Shown: positions 38,107-52,381, counted from the stretch's first letter. The stretch: DNA of 64,000 bases from Antedon mediterranea (GCF_964355755.1 NC_092676.1:27918871-27982870); one strand, 5' to 3'. Program-made: numbers and translations. Notes: generated by a model from the sequence alone, not told the origin.

Positions 38107-41100
38107 GTTTTATTAATTAGCCCTGACTAAAGAATTCCGAAAGCTTGCCAATTCTTAATGTTTTGGTTTAGCTTTGTGCTTAGTTGGTATATCTCAAATT
38201 TTTGTTGGCTGTTTTAATTCATCGTTTTAATTTAGTATCTCAATTGATACCCACAGAATTGCCTTTTATTAGTACTTCATTTTTTGGAGATAAATAATTA
38301 CAGTACACAGTTTTAAATGACGTATATACAGATCTGTACTAAAGTATATTATTCGTAAAATCCCGTGATTTTTTATGAGAAACTTCCATTCAATCAATGG
38401 CGCTTTGTGCGCTGGGCGCCATAGTACATAAAACATAAATTTATATTGCGGAAGTCATAAAACATGTAAAATCTAAAATCTGTACAAAATATATTATCAC
38501 GTTTGTTTTAAAACGTTTGTTTATGGAGTAGTAGCAGGCTTGAAATTGATGATATATATTTTCAAAAGTATGCTGCTATAATTTAAAATTCGACGAAATG
38601 CCAATTTATGAATGTGTCCGAATTATGAATTATTCAGGATGTTTGCTAAAAACGTCGGGCGCACTTTCATCAAAATAGTGATCGATGTTTATGAACTCTT
38701 CTTAAAAAGCAAGGATCGACATTTATAAAGGCATTTATTTTATATGATTTCACGCCCGATATAGTGCTCTCTCAAGGGTGCCTGAGCACTTTGTAAATGT
38801 CTTGGCCTCAAAGGAGAAGACCGCGTTTTGCCCCGCGCACGGGTCAAACGATATGACGATAATTATGAAATTATATTGTGGCGGCCTAGATAATAGATTT
38901 CTTTCAATAATTAGATCTTCCATTAGGCTGGTCATCAATCAGTGTTGTGTGTTAATGAACTCGGAATTAATTCATTTCAATTATCTATTTGAAATCTAAA
39001 GGTATTATTTCAAATACTGAATTTAATGTGAATGAACTGTACATTGTATTAATCCTGACAACATTAACATTTAAAGAAATCTATTTTGTAACCTCCAAGC
39101 CATATTGTAATAAAGCTCTGTCTACACTATCAAGCTAGTTTGACAACAAAGTGTGATGTACCTAAATATGGTAGTGATATGCCCAAATATGGTAGTGATA
39201 TGACCTCATCATGTCCATATATGGGCACATCACATTTTGTTTGTCACATAAGGTTTGATAGACAGAGCTACGTTCAAAAGGAAAGTGTTCGTTCCAAAAT
39301 GGCTACTACTGTATGCTTTATTAAAAGCAGGCCTACCGTACACAGTAATAAAAGCATAATATCTCTGTTCTATGGAAATAGTATAGTTATCACTATTAAA
39401 ATTAATTTTAAAAATAATTTATTTTAAGCGCAGCTATTATTGCCTAATTTTAAAATTAACAAGTAGGCTAAATGGTAATTCATAATTATAATAAAAGGCG
39501 ATGTAGATCTTATTTCATTAAATTGTTTAAATTGCTACTCGTTAAAGCTCTTTCATTCTTAACAACTGGACCAAGTCCGTGCCTTCAATGAACATAAAAC
39601 AAGTTACGATACTCCTCCAAATCAAACAAACAGCAAATGGTAAGCTATTCGATTTAACTAATGAAGTAATCCTGGCATTTTATTGCGAGTTACTGAGCCA
39701 TTTCTGGAGATAGTTCACGTATTATTCTCGCTAAATCATTCATTAAACGACCTTTTCACTCATATGAGTGGCCAGCACACGTTATCTTAGCAAAGCGTTT
39801 TAATTCTTTCTTTTAAAATCGAAATGTCACCGATTTTTAACAGTGCCTCCTTTGTTTAGCAATAAAAAAGCGTGATTTTGAATCGAGAAAATCATTTACA
39901 ACCGATATTTTAAATTTACCATTTTAAAATAAACAGCTGAAGATTAGAGAGGGAGATGTACACACCTGCTTTGAAAAACGTATGTAAACATATTGAATCA
40001 GTTTGTAAGTTTTATTTTGTGTTTTGAAGTTTAATTCGGTCAGATTTACGATGTTTTTATGTACATTGAAGGTTTTACGATTATGTGTAGAAATGTCGGT
40101 GTTGTGTAAGGATGTGGTATATACCTGTGTTGATTTATTCATAAGAACAACAGTACAGAATTAACAGTATTGAATTTCGTATGTTTTGATGTATCTATAT
40201 ATTATACAATACCATTGGGAACAGCTTGTATTATAATGGTGTGACAGGCAAATAGTCTTTTAGTTTTTTTATAGATAAGATACATTTGTTTTAGCAGGTT
40301 TCTCCTATGGATAAATCATATATTGTGTTATGATTATATATCATAGGAATATATTACTTGTTTCAGTGGGCCTACCATTACATTCATTTAGAACTGTCAA
40401 CGTTGATCAATCAAAATTCAACAACATTCGACGACAGGTCGTCAATTATCAATCTCATTTTAATCAGATGTTTTCCGCAGTTCGGTTTGTGAAGCAAGCT
40501 CTGTCTACACTATCAAACTTGGTGATAAAAAAATGTGATGTGCCCATATATGGACACGATGACGTCATATCACTACCATATTTGGGCACATCACACTTTT
40601 GTCGAACTAGTTTTATAGTGTAGACATAGCTTAAGAATAGCATAAGCATCATAGGAGCAAGGAAATGTATATTCATCTGGTGTAGGAGGAAAAAAATTTG
40701 TTCCAATATCTTAAGCTAGTTTGATGTTCCCAAATATGGTTGTGATATGCTCAAATATGGTAGTGATATGACATCATAATGTCCATATACGGGCACATCA
40801 CAGTATCTTTTTATCGCTTGAAATATAATTAGATCAAGACCGTGACCCAATTCAAATTGTCTTCAAGTCTACCAGGACACGTTACGAAATTATACAATAA
40901 AAATATTGCTACCCCGTGGGTTAAATTGCACTTGTGTTCTTGTGTGGTTAGACATATAATCATATAGTAGAGCTGATGTTGACACCTTCGCTTCACCACC
41001 TCTACAATTATGAATTACTGAACCTATACCGTACATCGTAAATTCGAAAATTATTCCTTCTGGGACAATGGTTGTTATGTCATAATACAATATTGCGTCC

Positions 41101-41149
41101 ATCATGGTATACTGTACATTATGCCTGTCTGAACGAAAAATATGTAAAA

Positions 41150-41420
41150 ATAGCGTGAGATCGTGATTCGAATCCAAATCTCGCCGCAATCTCGCCGCAA
41201 GCTTGTATCCTTACTTACATTTACATTTGCCTCTCTCCACCCAGGTGTATAAATGGGTACCGGTTAGATCAAGACACAACTTTGCGCTGAATACTATCTG
41301 CATTATGCGAGTATGTTTCCATACGTGTTTGATCTAACGAATGACCGGGTAATAATGTTCAGCGCATTGAGATATCTTGCTTATATGCGCTATATAAATT
41401 ATAAGAATGAACTATACTAT
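41150..41420 (+). mobile_element. SINE family 2 copy
   Basis: B-box-like GATTCGAATCC, TGCCTCTCTCCACCCAGGTGTATAAATGGGTACC and tail AGCGCATTGAG...GCGCTATATAAAT. Confidence 0.75.
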
Positions 41421-43574
41421 AATATAACATTGTGGTTGTGTTTTAATTTTTTTGTTTTAATTTTAAAAATATCTCCAGAAGGCCAATATACATTTTACTG
41501 AACATAATACATCATTATCAGTTGATGATAAGCTTTAAAAAAAAGCAGATGAAGTGAATATAGACCGTTTGTATGGTACAATACAAAGCCAGAATAGTTT
41601 TTCAACAATATTGAGGCTTCTTTTTTTTTAATGTATATTTTTAGATACATTTTAACAGACGAAATTCTTCGAATGTCTCATCTTAAAACACTTGAAAAGA
41701 TATCATTGTATTTGCTGAACTATTTACCTTTCTTTTCAATTTCGAAATGACAGCAGTTTGTTAGCCGTCCTCGTTTTAGACAAAGTCACTTAAGCTCGTA
41801 CAATTTGTTTTTTGTATGGATATTTTAATTTGACATGTATTGTGACTTCATTGCTTTTGTGTGAGGAACTGCTTATTATGATAGATTATGCAAGCTAGAA
41901 CGCGTTTTTGACGAGTTCAGACGATCATCCTATTGTAATAGACTATTTTAGTAGGACGTTTCTTGATGATCGACAAATTCTTCTTCTTCTTCATCATACG
42001 ACGCGATTGCGTTTTAAAAGAGTCGCGTGGACGCAATTTCATCCGACCACCACCTGTCAGAAGAGTAGGCCTAGAGAATGTTTATAGACGGTATTAACTA
42101 GACTTGCCCAAAGTCTGTATAGTTATTTCGATGTTTTTTTCTGAATACAAGCTCAAGTAGTATACGTATGAAACGCCATATGTGCCAAAATGTTTATCTT
42201 TACACAAATATTAAATCAAAACTCCTTCTGGAACCCAGATTACTTTTTAACATACATAGACCTGTTTCAAACGTTGCACGAATGACGCATTCGCACAGTA
42301 ACTACAAAAACCACTACCATGCCTATCAGAAGTCAGCCACTATAACGATCAAAGTTTGAAATAATGAGGTTGTTAATGAACCGGGTCATGAACGCGCTCG
42401 GAGGAAATCGCAATGACTCCGAAGATAATACATCAGTGAATCGCGTGCGCCATGTCAAGCCTAACGACATCCCGCACCGTTTTCCTTCTTGTCAAGCGCT
42501 GAATTAATGACAAAACATACTAATTACTATAAAGTCGTTTAACCTTCTTGAGCCGAGTGTCTAATACGCCACAATAGGACCCATGGTGACATTATTTCCA
42601 AGTTTTTTTCCACTTCATCCGTGAAAGGAAGCGTGCTGATGGACCGTTAAAAGTCAGTGGATTGTAAAAGTACAACCGAGGACATTACAACCAAAACAAA
42701 TTGACCTATTAATTAAAAAAATAAATGAATCTTACAGTTTTTAAAACATTAATTAATGTGAAATTGATTTTATGGAATGGAATTGTTCGATGCTTATCGA
42801 ATTGTATGTTGAGGCATGTGACGAACTAGTCCGAAAAAAACCCGTATTTAAGCCAAGTTAGGCATATAAGTCTTTAGGGAAATCCTTAGTATCATAAAAT
42901 CTACGCTAAGCCCTGTTCTTAACTGTTTACGTGTTATAAGGATGAGAGAAATTCCAGCCTAGAAAACAAGAGCCCGGGGCGAGCGGGCAGATATCGACAC
43001 GACCACGTGTCGGCTTAAAATCAATCGCGGTGCTCACCCAACACGATTTCAAACTGTGATAAAATTTACACTTGAACTTTTTTATTGGTATTGATAATGA
43101 CTTTGAATCATTTGATTAGATCAATTGACCTCTCATTGTGACCCTGGGCATCACTGTAGTTTTTAAAACTTCACAGATGATCGCAAAATACTGACAGAGA
43201 TGCCATTATTAAGCATCACGATATATCGTATAGTTTCTTTTTAATTACAAGTTCTGTATAATGGTCTGTTAAGACAATTTAATTCAAAAGAAGATTTCAA
43301 TCTGTCTCTAGAGTACAATAATGTTGGTAATATACCGAATATAAATGGACTTCGACGGAATTGCTTCGAAGCGCAGGTGCTTTTTTTTGTACGTTACGGT
43401 ATTTACATTTGTCATTTCCATAATCCAGTTCCGTATTTGGCTATTTCAAAAGATATTAGGCCTAATGCAAAAGTGTATTTTAGTACAGTATTATAGTTTA
43501 CAGGAATAGCATTATTAAAGAGGATGGTTACATGAACACTTTACCTAAGTATTATTAAAGTGTTTAACAGTATA

Positions 43575-43808
43575 GGTACCGTACAGGGTTCATGTAATCA
43601 TGGATTTATATAAGTTACCGTAGTTGAAGAGATTTCAGAGCAGGCTAGGCCCAGGGGTTAGGTACATGTGTCTTGAGACACAATGTCATCGTGTAGGTCA
43701 AAATGTAGGTACAGAGTGTTCATGTAACCATGGAGCTGAAGGGATTTCAGAGCAGGCTAGCCCTAGAGTAGAGGCAAGGTCTTGAGACACCCCTCGTGTA
43801 GGTCAAAA
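43575..43808. repeat. Diverged tandem duplication (~130 + ~100 bp)
   Basis: Both halves contain TTCATGTAA.CATGGA..TGAAG.GATTTCAGAGCAGGCTAG..GTCTTGAGACAC..TCGTGTAGGTCAAAA. Confidence 0.8.
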
Positions 43809-46104
43809 CAATAACTACATAAGTATCAGTACTTAACGCCTAGAGCAGCAAGAATGGTAACACAAAATACTGAAGCCTGATCACGAACGAAGGTGCTTAG
43901 AAGTGGTGGGTTCACCCAAAAAGTACAAGAGAAAAGTATCTAGTTCAAACAGGTGCATTTTATTATCCGAGTCTGAAAGAAGGGACTAACACCGGTAGTA
44001 AGCATACAACGGCTATTCAAAAGAAGACAGATATAGGCACTATTCATTATAAATGCCCGATATTACACTCTGGTGTTTTTTTGTGATTTGGTGACTGATT
44101 AGATTAACAGATAGATCTGTGCAATCTGTACTTTTAAATAAATCTAAATCGATAAATACCATCATTTGATACCGGGATGGATAAAGAATACTATATAGGC
44201 AGATTCAACAGGGGCGACCATGATTAATGTATGTAGCTATTTTATGCATACTCGTACCCAAGTGTCGATATTAAAATAATTACTGTCTCAGGTATATATC
44301 ATTTTGCTGTAGCTCGATTTTACGATTGGAGGCGAAATTTTCGTTAGTAGGCGGTAATTTATTTATGATAAAATGTTCGATTGGTAGGCGCAGGGAGTTT
44401 AAAACTTCCTGGTGGGGCGTGGTATATTTTTCATTGGAAGCGGGGTATTTTTTCCTTTGGTAGGCGTGGTAATTTTTCCTTTGGTAGGCGTGGTGATTTC
44501 CTACAGTGGTAGGCATGATAATTTTCGATGAATCGAAGATCGGAAAAAATGATCCACAGGTGATCAACGCGATACTAAAACATAAAGAGATAGAGAACTT
44601 AACGAATTAAGTGGCTGTGCTTTATTTGGCGTCTTACAAATTCCTTAGAATTAGTAACGAGTATCTTTACCTTCTCATAATACAACACTGACTTAACAGA
44701 TTTGTATCGGACATAGGCCTTATTATTCTCTCCGCATCATTACGTGCTTGGCGTGGATGCGTTGGTATTCGCGACCGAATTCGCGTCGTCTCTGCCAAAA
44801 AAAAATCACAAGTTTTCTCGCTTGGGATTCAAATGTTATGTTTCGTAATCATAGGGTCATAAATGATGCCATGTGTTTGTAACTTTGGCGGCGGCCGATC
44901 TTTAGGCCTGGTTGGTTCATGCGTCATTGAATAGGTCGAAGGGCTTGGCTGGTTTAAATAAAAATAATCCCCTTCCTAGCAACAGATGCAGGTGAACTGA
45001 ATGTTATATTTGAGATATGAACCTCGACGCCACGTCTGCTGCCTAGGGTGTTTGTGTACACAGCCATTGCTTTAGATCAAATCACTAGTATAGTATAGTG
45101 AGAGATTGACCACATGAATATTCATCTACACATTAAGTATGGATAATTCGTTTTTAGAAGGTAGGCTTACAGTAATACTGTTAGTTAAATTTTAATTTAA
45201 ATTTATTTTAATATTTCGTTTTAAAACTTGTCATTTCTATTCATGGTAGGCCGACATGCTACTGATTAAAAAGAATTTGAGTTATATTTGAGTTGTATCG
45301 GTACGACGAACGCACGTTCTCCTTCAATGCCTTTTCTACAATTTCGAGTTAAAAATAAAATGAATTATATTAATGTGTACTGTTGTGTCACAAACATGAT
45401 AATATTGTGATCCCGCGAGAGTGGAAATACTGTTTTTTTTATATCTAAGTTGTTAAAAATACTGTTACGGGTTGAATACAACACAACAAGATAATTATAT
45501 TTTATCTAATAGGCTATACATGGAATGACTAACACCTATGACTCAAGGAGTTCATTTATGGAGTAGATGGACTTAGTAATTTGCCGTAAGCTTCGGATAA
45601 CCATCAGTAAAATTAAAATGTGCTGTTAGTTAACAATTCTTGCATGAATGAGCGATTAAAGACTCAGTTTATGGATGTTGAAGGATTTAGACGATGAAAA
45701 CACTGGTTCAGTTGTTATTAATTAGAGCATACAGTAGGAAAGATGGTCACAAGAATTTGAATGCGTTTCATTGGTATACGCATTAAACGCGAAAATCGTG
45801 CATGATAAAAAAACACATTATATTAATTTGAGTTTATCGAACACTTATTAATAATTAGAGCATACAGTAGGAAAGATGCTAACTTTAAAATATCTTCTCT
45901 AAAATTAGAGATAATTTAAATGCGTTTGGTACCGTACAGTATATAGGCCTACACTATAATAAACGCAAAAATATTGCATGTTAAAAAACGAATTTATCAA
46001 TTTTATTTATTTTTTATTTCATACGCATCCAACAGCGAGTAACTCACCAATTACAGGATGGATAAACTATTTGAGTATTTCATAATTTTTTCAGGCTTAT
46101 ACAC

Positions 46105-46125
46105 CAGGGAGTTGTAAACTCCCTG
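46105..46125. mobile_element. 21-bp hairpin with 7/8 TSD (putative P/hAT-type footprint)
   Basis: TTATACAC|CAGGGAGTT-GTA-AACTCCCTG|TTATAAAC. Confidence 0.55.
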
Positions 46126-46139
46126 TTATAAACTAAATC

Positions 46140-46278
46140 TCATTTGAGGGAGTGGAGTTGAAACAGTGAGTTTTACAACCCTGGCACTATGTCAGGATTG
46201 AACCCTGGCACTATGTCAGGATTGAACCCTGGACCTTGGTTTGGAAGGCAGTACGTTAACCACCAAGATACAGCTCCA
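46140..46278 (-). mobile_element. Degenerate tRNA-derived SINE head
   Basis: Minus strand GGTGGTTAACG...GGGTTCAATCCTGAC (A/B-box-like); internal 24-bp duplication. Confidence 0.45.
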
Positions 46279-49200
46279 CTTTTATCGAACTATTATAATA
46301 AAAGGCAAAAAAACAAATAATAAACTGTGATATATTTAAAATCTATATTACAATTATATTAGAACATATGTCGTATAAGATACGGTATGGTTTATTTGTT
46401 ATCGTCTACAGTTCGAAGTCCAAATCTTGTTCCTTTATCATGTGTTCACATGTTAATATACTTGCAAATTATGTTTCGCCATAAGGGTCATACCTATTAT
46501 TCTACTCAAGTATTTGCTTAGTGTCTGATAAGCCTATAGGCCACTTTCTAAGTGCTATATCACACCATGATATCATTATTTTATGTGTCAACAAAGAGTG
46601 TAATACAGATTGTTTAAATTCCCATTTGGTATCCTCTGGTTATAAATTAGCAAGTACTAGTAGCTTTTGTTTTCTGGTTCAAGTCTTTACGTTCTGAAAT
46701 TCGCCCTAGGCCTACAAATGCCAAATCTTCTTTTCTGGGAGACCGCGAAGACCTCCAAAGTCTTTATTGTCGCTGGGACCACCCAACCGCGTCAACCCCC
46801 GCTCTTTCTAATCTTAACCCTCGGGACGTAAACCGTACGTGTACAGACAGTCGTGCTACAGTCGCTACATAATACTGTGACCACTAGACCATGACGTGCA
46901 AAATCTTTCCCCAATAGAGATTGTTGTATACACAGACTAATCAGCGTTCAATATCACCGCAATTTGTATAACACCACTCAGTATTACATATGCGGACATA
47001 AATTGTGATGCTGAAACGCATTCGAGCAGTTCAACAAGCAGTTACTACTTATACTTGTCTTTCAATATTTTATGATGATACTTGGAAAGTTTTATCTGTG
47101 TAACAAAAATGTAGGATTGAATAATAGTTGTGCAGGTAGGTCTACATAGTTTTCTCTCGTTGGAGGATCATACAGGTTTTGTAGAATCGTTCTATGAACG
47201 CAAAGAATGACGCAAACTCGTACGTATGTACAAACTCTATGCATTCCTCCTTTTTGATGAAATTCACGCGTCTAATTTGTTTCTGTTTGTGATACGCAGT
47301 ATACACATATTTCGCCAGTACCACGAAAATATATTAAACTCGTATCGATCAATCAATTAATCGAAGATTAATATGTGTTTATGTATGCTGCGCCTTTAGT
47401 GGGGTAAAGCGTGGTTCCCACTAGAGACGCAACACAACAACGTAACGCAACGTAATGGATTTGACCAATGACAGGCGATGAATTATTCGAACTGTCGCTT
47501 TACTTGTCATTGGTCAACTCGCTTGCGTTGCGTCCTATGGTGGGAATCAATTTTAGGTCAGTGACAATTATACCAACTTTACAATCACAGGTTCTAGATT
47601 TATACCCACATATGCAATCAAATACGCATCGCGTGGGCGTCAAATCTGGGAGAAAAACAAACTTTGAAATAAACTATCATATTAGAATATCCGCTGTTAT
47701 ATTGTGTGAATACATATACGATAAAAATTGATGAGAACAATGTTGATAGGGTTAGCAACCTTATTAAATCTAAGAAAATGAAAGTGGATATAAAACGGTG
47801 GGTTTTGTTTAAGTGGATGGTTGCCAAACCACTTTTCGATTAACAACAACATTATTTCTATCAGAAAGTCAATAACCTATGGTGCAGGTTGATCAAAATA
47901 AGTATTTGTTTAAGTATCTCAGCAAAGCGTAACGTTAACGCACGGACATAGTTACTGTACATGTCATCACAATCTGAAAGCACGTCCCTTTTGGTTCCCA
48001 CCTAGGACGCAATGCAATGACGTAAGCGCAACGCAACCGAATTGACCAATGACAAGCGATAGTTAGGATAATCCATCATTTGTGATTGGTCAAGTTACTT
48101 ATTTGCGCTTACGTCATGCGTTGCGTCCTAGTGTAAGCCACGCTTAAGCATACGAGTATTATTAATGACACCATGGCTAGTATGGTACGCCAAACAGAGC
48201 ATTGATTAATGTACTTATTTATTCTCTCTTTATACTGAATGACTGAATGGCTAAAGCATTGATTTCCAAAGTGGTTCAGTAGAGAACATAACAATAAAAT
48301 AATAATATAATAATTTAAATTACAATGTCAACGTAGATTCAGATGTGCTAGTAGGTGGCTATGTCAACAACAACAAGAGTATCAACAACAACAAGAGTAT
48401 CAACAATAACAGCATCAACAAATTCAAAAGCATAATTTAGAAATGAAAGCCAAGGGAAATCACACAAAAAAATGTTATTCTTAAACAATCCGCCTGGGAT
48501 TAAAGGAAGGAGTGTAACCAATTACTTAGTCTTAATGGGTCCCAGTTAGCATTGGTAAGAACAATACGTCTATTCTCTGGCGAATGACAGTAAACCTTGC
48601 GGCTATAATATCCGATTTGTATAATAATAATCTACGGGTCTTGCGACCACTTTAAACTCATTTAAATTCATTTAACGATTGACTTAACACTGAATCTCAT
48701 TGTTTATGATTTTAAGTGTTTTTTCCGTCCGTTCGTTGACATTGGTTGTCGAATAGTTACCGTGGCTATTGTATAACCTACAACTTTCCAGGGATGTGGC
48801 AATATATTAGGCATACATTTTCAGTTATCGTGAAGATTGTCCGTAAATGAAAACTGTTTATTTTATAAAATGTAAGTACGGTGCAGTACCGGTACATTCT
48901 TCCTGGCAGCAGACTCACTCTCAGCGTCGATATATAGCTATAGTAGGAGGCCTACGAATTTGTACCCGCGCGTAAACATTTACAGTATTTTCAGATTTGT
49001 CAATTTTCAATATTCGTATCCAAGAATGGGCGATTATTTAAATATATTATGCTTGTCTAGAGTTTGCTGATATTGCAATTACTAAACTACACGAATACAG
49101 TTCATTCAGACCATACATCTATTATCTGCAATATTCTATTCATAAATCTAGATTCATACTAGTCAATGTGTCTGTATGTATAGAAACGTTTCAGTTACAA

Positions 49201-49860
49201 TTTTACTTCAACGCGTTCGAACACACCCGCAAGGAAAAAGTTGTTTTACACTTAATAAACAATCTCATACTAATTACTAACAATTAAATCTTGACTTTAG
49301 GCTGTGTTTCTGCCCAACACACAAGCCTAGCGTTTTGATTTCGATTCATGTCCGTAAATTGCCCAGGGTGTGATATCATGCTCGTAAACTTGAAAAGCCG
49401 GGCTTTACCATAATGACCTGTGGTTGATGGATATAAACTATCACGATTTATTGCCACTAATGAGCCAGAAAATAAGATTAACGAGTGGCTCCGTGGGTGT
49501 AAAGAGACATTACCAAACTAATGATCATGATTAATAAAGTGTTATAACCAAGTGTTTTTTTTGTTTCATTTTTATCTAATGTTCGAAACGGAAAAGTTCT
49601 GATTTCGTTATGTAATGTAGCGCAGGTGACGTCAACCATGGAGTAAAGAATCTTTCGCAAGTACACCTAGCTAAATTTTTCACGTTTCACACTGATACAT
49701 TTTGTGTGAAACGCCAAACGCGCAAGAAATTAAACATAGGTACATAATCAACGATTGTGCTTAACATTACAGAATGCAACTACAGTTAATGTTTTTCTAT
49801 TTGTTTATGCATAGTATTGGTAATTAGCCAACTCTGAAAGATAGATGTTACTCTGACAAG

Positions 49861-49929
49861 AAGCGTAACGAAACTTGATCAAGCGTAACAAAACACAATC
49901 AAGCGTAACGAGACTCGATCAAGCGTAAC
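49861..49929. repeat. 20-bp tandem AAGCGTAACRARACWYRATC x3.5
   Basis: AAGCGTAAC recurs at 49861, 49881, 49901 and 49921. Confidence 0.8.
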
Positions 49930-50027
49930 TGGAATGAAAGTCGTTGATTGAATTATCATGATTTACCATGCAGAAATTAATTAAAATGTTTGTTTTTATT
50001 TCCAGATAACTGAGAGGAATTAAGAGG

Positions 50028-51326
50028 ATGGAAGTAAACGTGTGGGTAAATAATCGAGAGAAAAAGGTCAAAGGTCTGACGAAACGAACTACGTGTCATG
50101 ACGTCATCACTGCGCTACTCTACAACAAAACGAAAGCTGATCAACTTTCAGACGACTATATAGAAACGTATGTACTTATTGAACAATGGCGGGAATGTGA
50201 AAGAATTTTGCCGCGAAATACCAAAATTATCAAAATCTGGCGATCTTGGCACAACGAACAGCATAATGTAAAGTTTATTTTGAGAAAGAAAACGAAGGAA
50301 TTTAGAGCAGACAGGGATGATAATAAAACTAAGACGAAGATAAAAGAGATACCAGAGAGGAGTACAAGAAAACGGAAGCAAAGAGGAATGGTTAATAGTA
50401 GAAGAACGCGCAGTGTAGAGCGCAGTGAGCAACAAGAACATATAAAATGGCTAAATGAACAAAACAATCATAGAATAAGCCGCAGTAACGACGAACTGTT
50501 GGAGAGCCAATCAGAGCAAAGACCGTTGACCCCTTCGCCACCGCCAGTAAATCCCGCCCCAGAGTCGGAAGGACTGGTTGAACTGGTACAGGGACAGGAA
50601 GAGGAGCTTCATAAATTGATTGAAAATATACGACAGACTGATTTAGAAATTGAGTATTACGAAACACAAATGCATCTGTGTCGTATGCATGCAAATGGTA
50701 AAGATTATGTACAAGAGTCGTATTTGTCTGCAACCAACGCGGCAGACAATGATGAGTTACTACTACCACCGGAACAAATGACCGCGCTTTCAGATACGTA
50801 TCCACCAGTACACATTGATACGACGTCACAAAGTGTTTATCATCATCAACAGAAACATATTACTGATGACCATAACTCAAATGTTACAAATGGACCATGT
50901 TTTGAGAAGGGTAAAAAGCGGGTCACGTTTGCGAAACTAGACAGCGAAGGACACAAAATATGCGCTTCGATTGAAAGTTTAAACAGCGTCGGTATTGAGA
51001 GGAAAAATGGACACAAAATTCAAGAATGTACAATTTATGAAACAAATGATTATGCGAACGATAGTTACTACAATGACAATATAAAACATAGGGACAATTC
51101 TGTGGTACCAATAAATCATTGTGGGTCGTTACATCGGGTAAACTCGTCAGGTGGTGGTCGAGTACCAGTTAAAGGTATTTTAATTACCAAAAATGATAAC
51201 ACAAAACAAACGATGATAAAGCACGATTTCAATGATACGGACTCGAGTTCCGATACAGGATTAAGTTCAATGCAAGATTCAGAAGATGGGGGCGCTGTTC
51301 ATACAGTTTCAGTAACATTAGTTTAA
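50028..51326 (+). CDS. N-terminal Ras-association domain protein, RASSF9/RASSF10-like (single coding exon)
   Basis: RA domain VWVNNREKKVKGLTKRTTCHDVI..IEQWRECERILP..IWRSW..NVKFILR; coiled coil; C-terminal SDTGLSSM and PDZ-type end VTLV*. Acceptor TTTCCAG at ~50005; candidate upstream non-coding exon ending at 36544 (ACAG|GTAAGT). Confidence 0.88.
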   Translation: MEVNVWVNNREKKVKGLTKRTTCHDVITALLYNKTKADQLSDDYIETYVLIEQWRECERILPRNTKIIKIWRSWHNEQHNVKFILRKKTKEFRADRDDNKTKTKIKEIPERSTRKRKQRGMVNSRRTRSVERSEQQEHIKWLNEQNNHRISRSNDELLESQSEQRPLTPSPPPVNPAPESEGLVELVQGQEEELHKLIENIRQTDLEIEYYETQMHLCRMHANGKDYVQESYLSATNAADNDELLLPPEQMTALSDTYPPVHIDTTSQSVYHHQQKHITDDHNSNVTNGPCFEKGKKRVTFAKLDSEGHKICASIESLNSVGIERKNGHKIQECTIYETNDYANDSYYNDNIKHRDNSVVPINHCGSLHRVNSSGGGRVPVKGILITKNDNTKQTMIKHDFNDTDSSSDTGLSSMQDSEDGGAVHTVSVTLV

Positions 51327-52202
51327 ACAAACAAAACAATCTCTTCTAAATAAAAATGTAGTCATATAGTATTAGTCTTTATCTATAACATCAATCAGTC
51401 GACAAAATGTCGGTTTTAAAAGTGTCCGAGCGATACCTTACAGAAAAAGGTGTCGTAAATGTTAAAACATACATGAAACGATGTATTGTTGATTACCAAT
51501 TTATAAGAAGATTAACGCATCCTTACAAAATTATTTTAGTTGAAATAATGTTTTTTTCATGTCATGTTTTAATTTAAATGTATAAAGCGAATTGAATTAA
51601 ACTAAAAACTAAAGGATGGCGTTACTAATAAACATAAGACGTAAAATATTCTATAACTCTCAGACAGTCTAGTCTAGGTTGTGTCTTTACACTGTACGTA
51701 TGATTGATGTTATTTCAGCTTTAAATCACGTATCATATTCCAAAAAGTAACAGTAATTCATTTTCATGTCGAATTTAATTTAAAAATGATTTATTTTAAG
51801 TGAAGTGAAGGAATTACTTTTTATTTGTAATACATTGTGAAGTTTTACGATGCAAGAAAATAATGAATATTCGATTTTTAATACCGTTAATGTAAATTGT
51901 TTCTATCCATATGTCACTGTAAGCTAATAGTAATGTACTGCATGTAGGCCTTTGCTGGTTCCGACTAGGACGCAACGCGTCAACGTAAGTAAATTGACCA
52001 ATCACGACGGTGATGGATCATCCGAGCAGTCGCTTGTAAAGCTCTGTCTACACTCTCAAACTAATTTGACCAAAAAAGTAATAATGTCCCCAAATATGGT
52101 AGTGACATTACGACATCATGTCCATATAATTATGGGCACATCACATTTTTTTTGTCACATAAAGTTTGATAGTGTAGATAGGCCTAGATCTAAAGGGTTA
52201 AA

Positions 52203-52381
52203 AGCGTGGTTCCCACTAGCGACGCAACACAAGGACGTAACGCAACGCAAGTGAATTGACCAATCACAAGCGATGGCTTATTCGCTTGTGATTGCTAACT
52301 GTCTATAACTTCGCTTGTCATTGGTTGAAACGCTTGCGTTGCGTTTACGTCCTTGCGTTACGTTCTAGTGGGAACCAAGCT
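52203..52381. mobile_element. MITE family B (PIF/Harbinger-like), representative of ~10 copies
   Basis: TIR AGC(G/T)TGGTTCCCACTAG...CTAGTGGGAACCA(A/C)GCT; TAA TSD at the 53447-53625 copy; AACGC repeats and TGACCAATCAC inside. Others at ~27378-27537, 47408-47550, 47992-48146, 51955-52035, 52384-52523, 53179-53333, 63340-63415, 63420-63568. Confidence 0.88.

Noticed and set aside
39140-39427. Recurring short ORFs with [18 protein letters not shown] / [12 protein letters not shown] peptides
   Set aside because: Translations of non-coding MITE family A, not a gene family.
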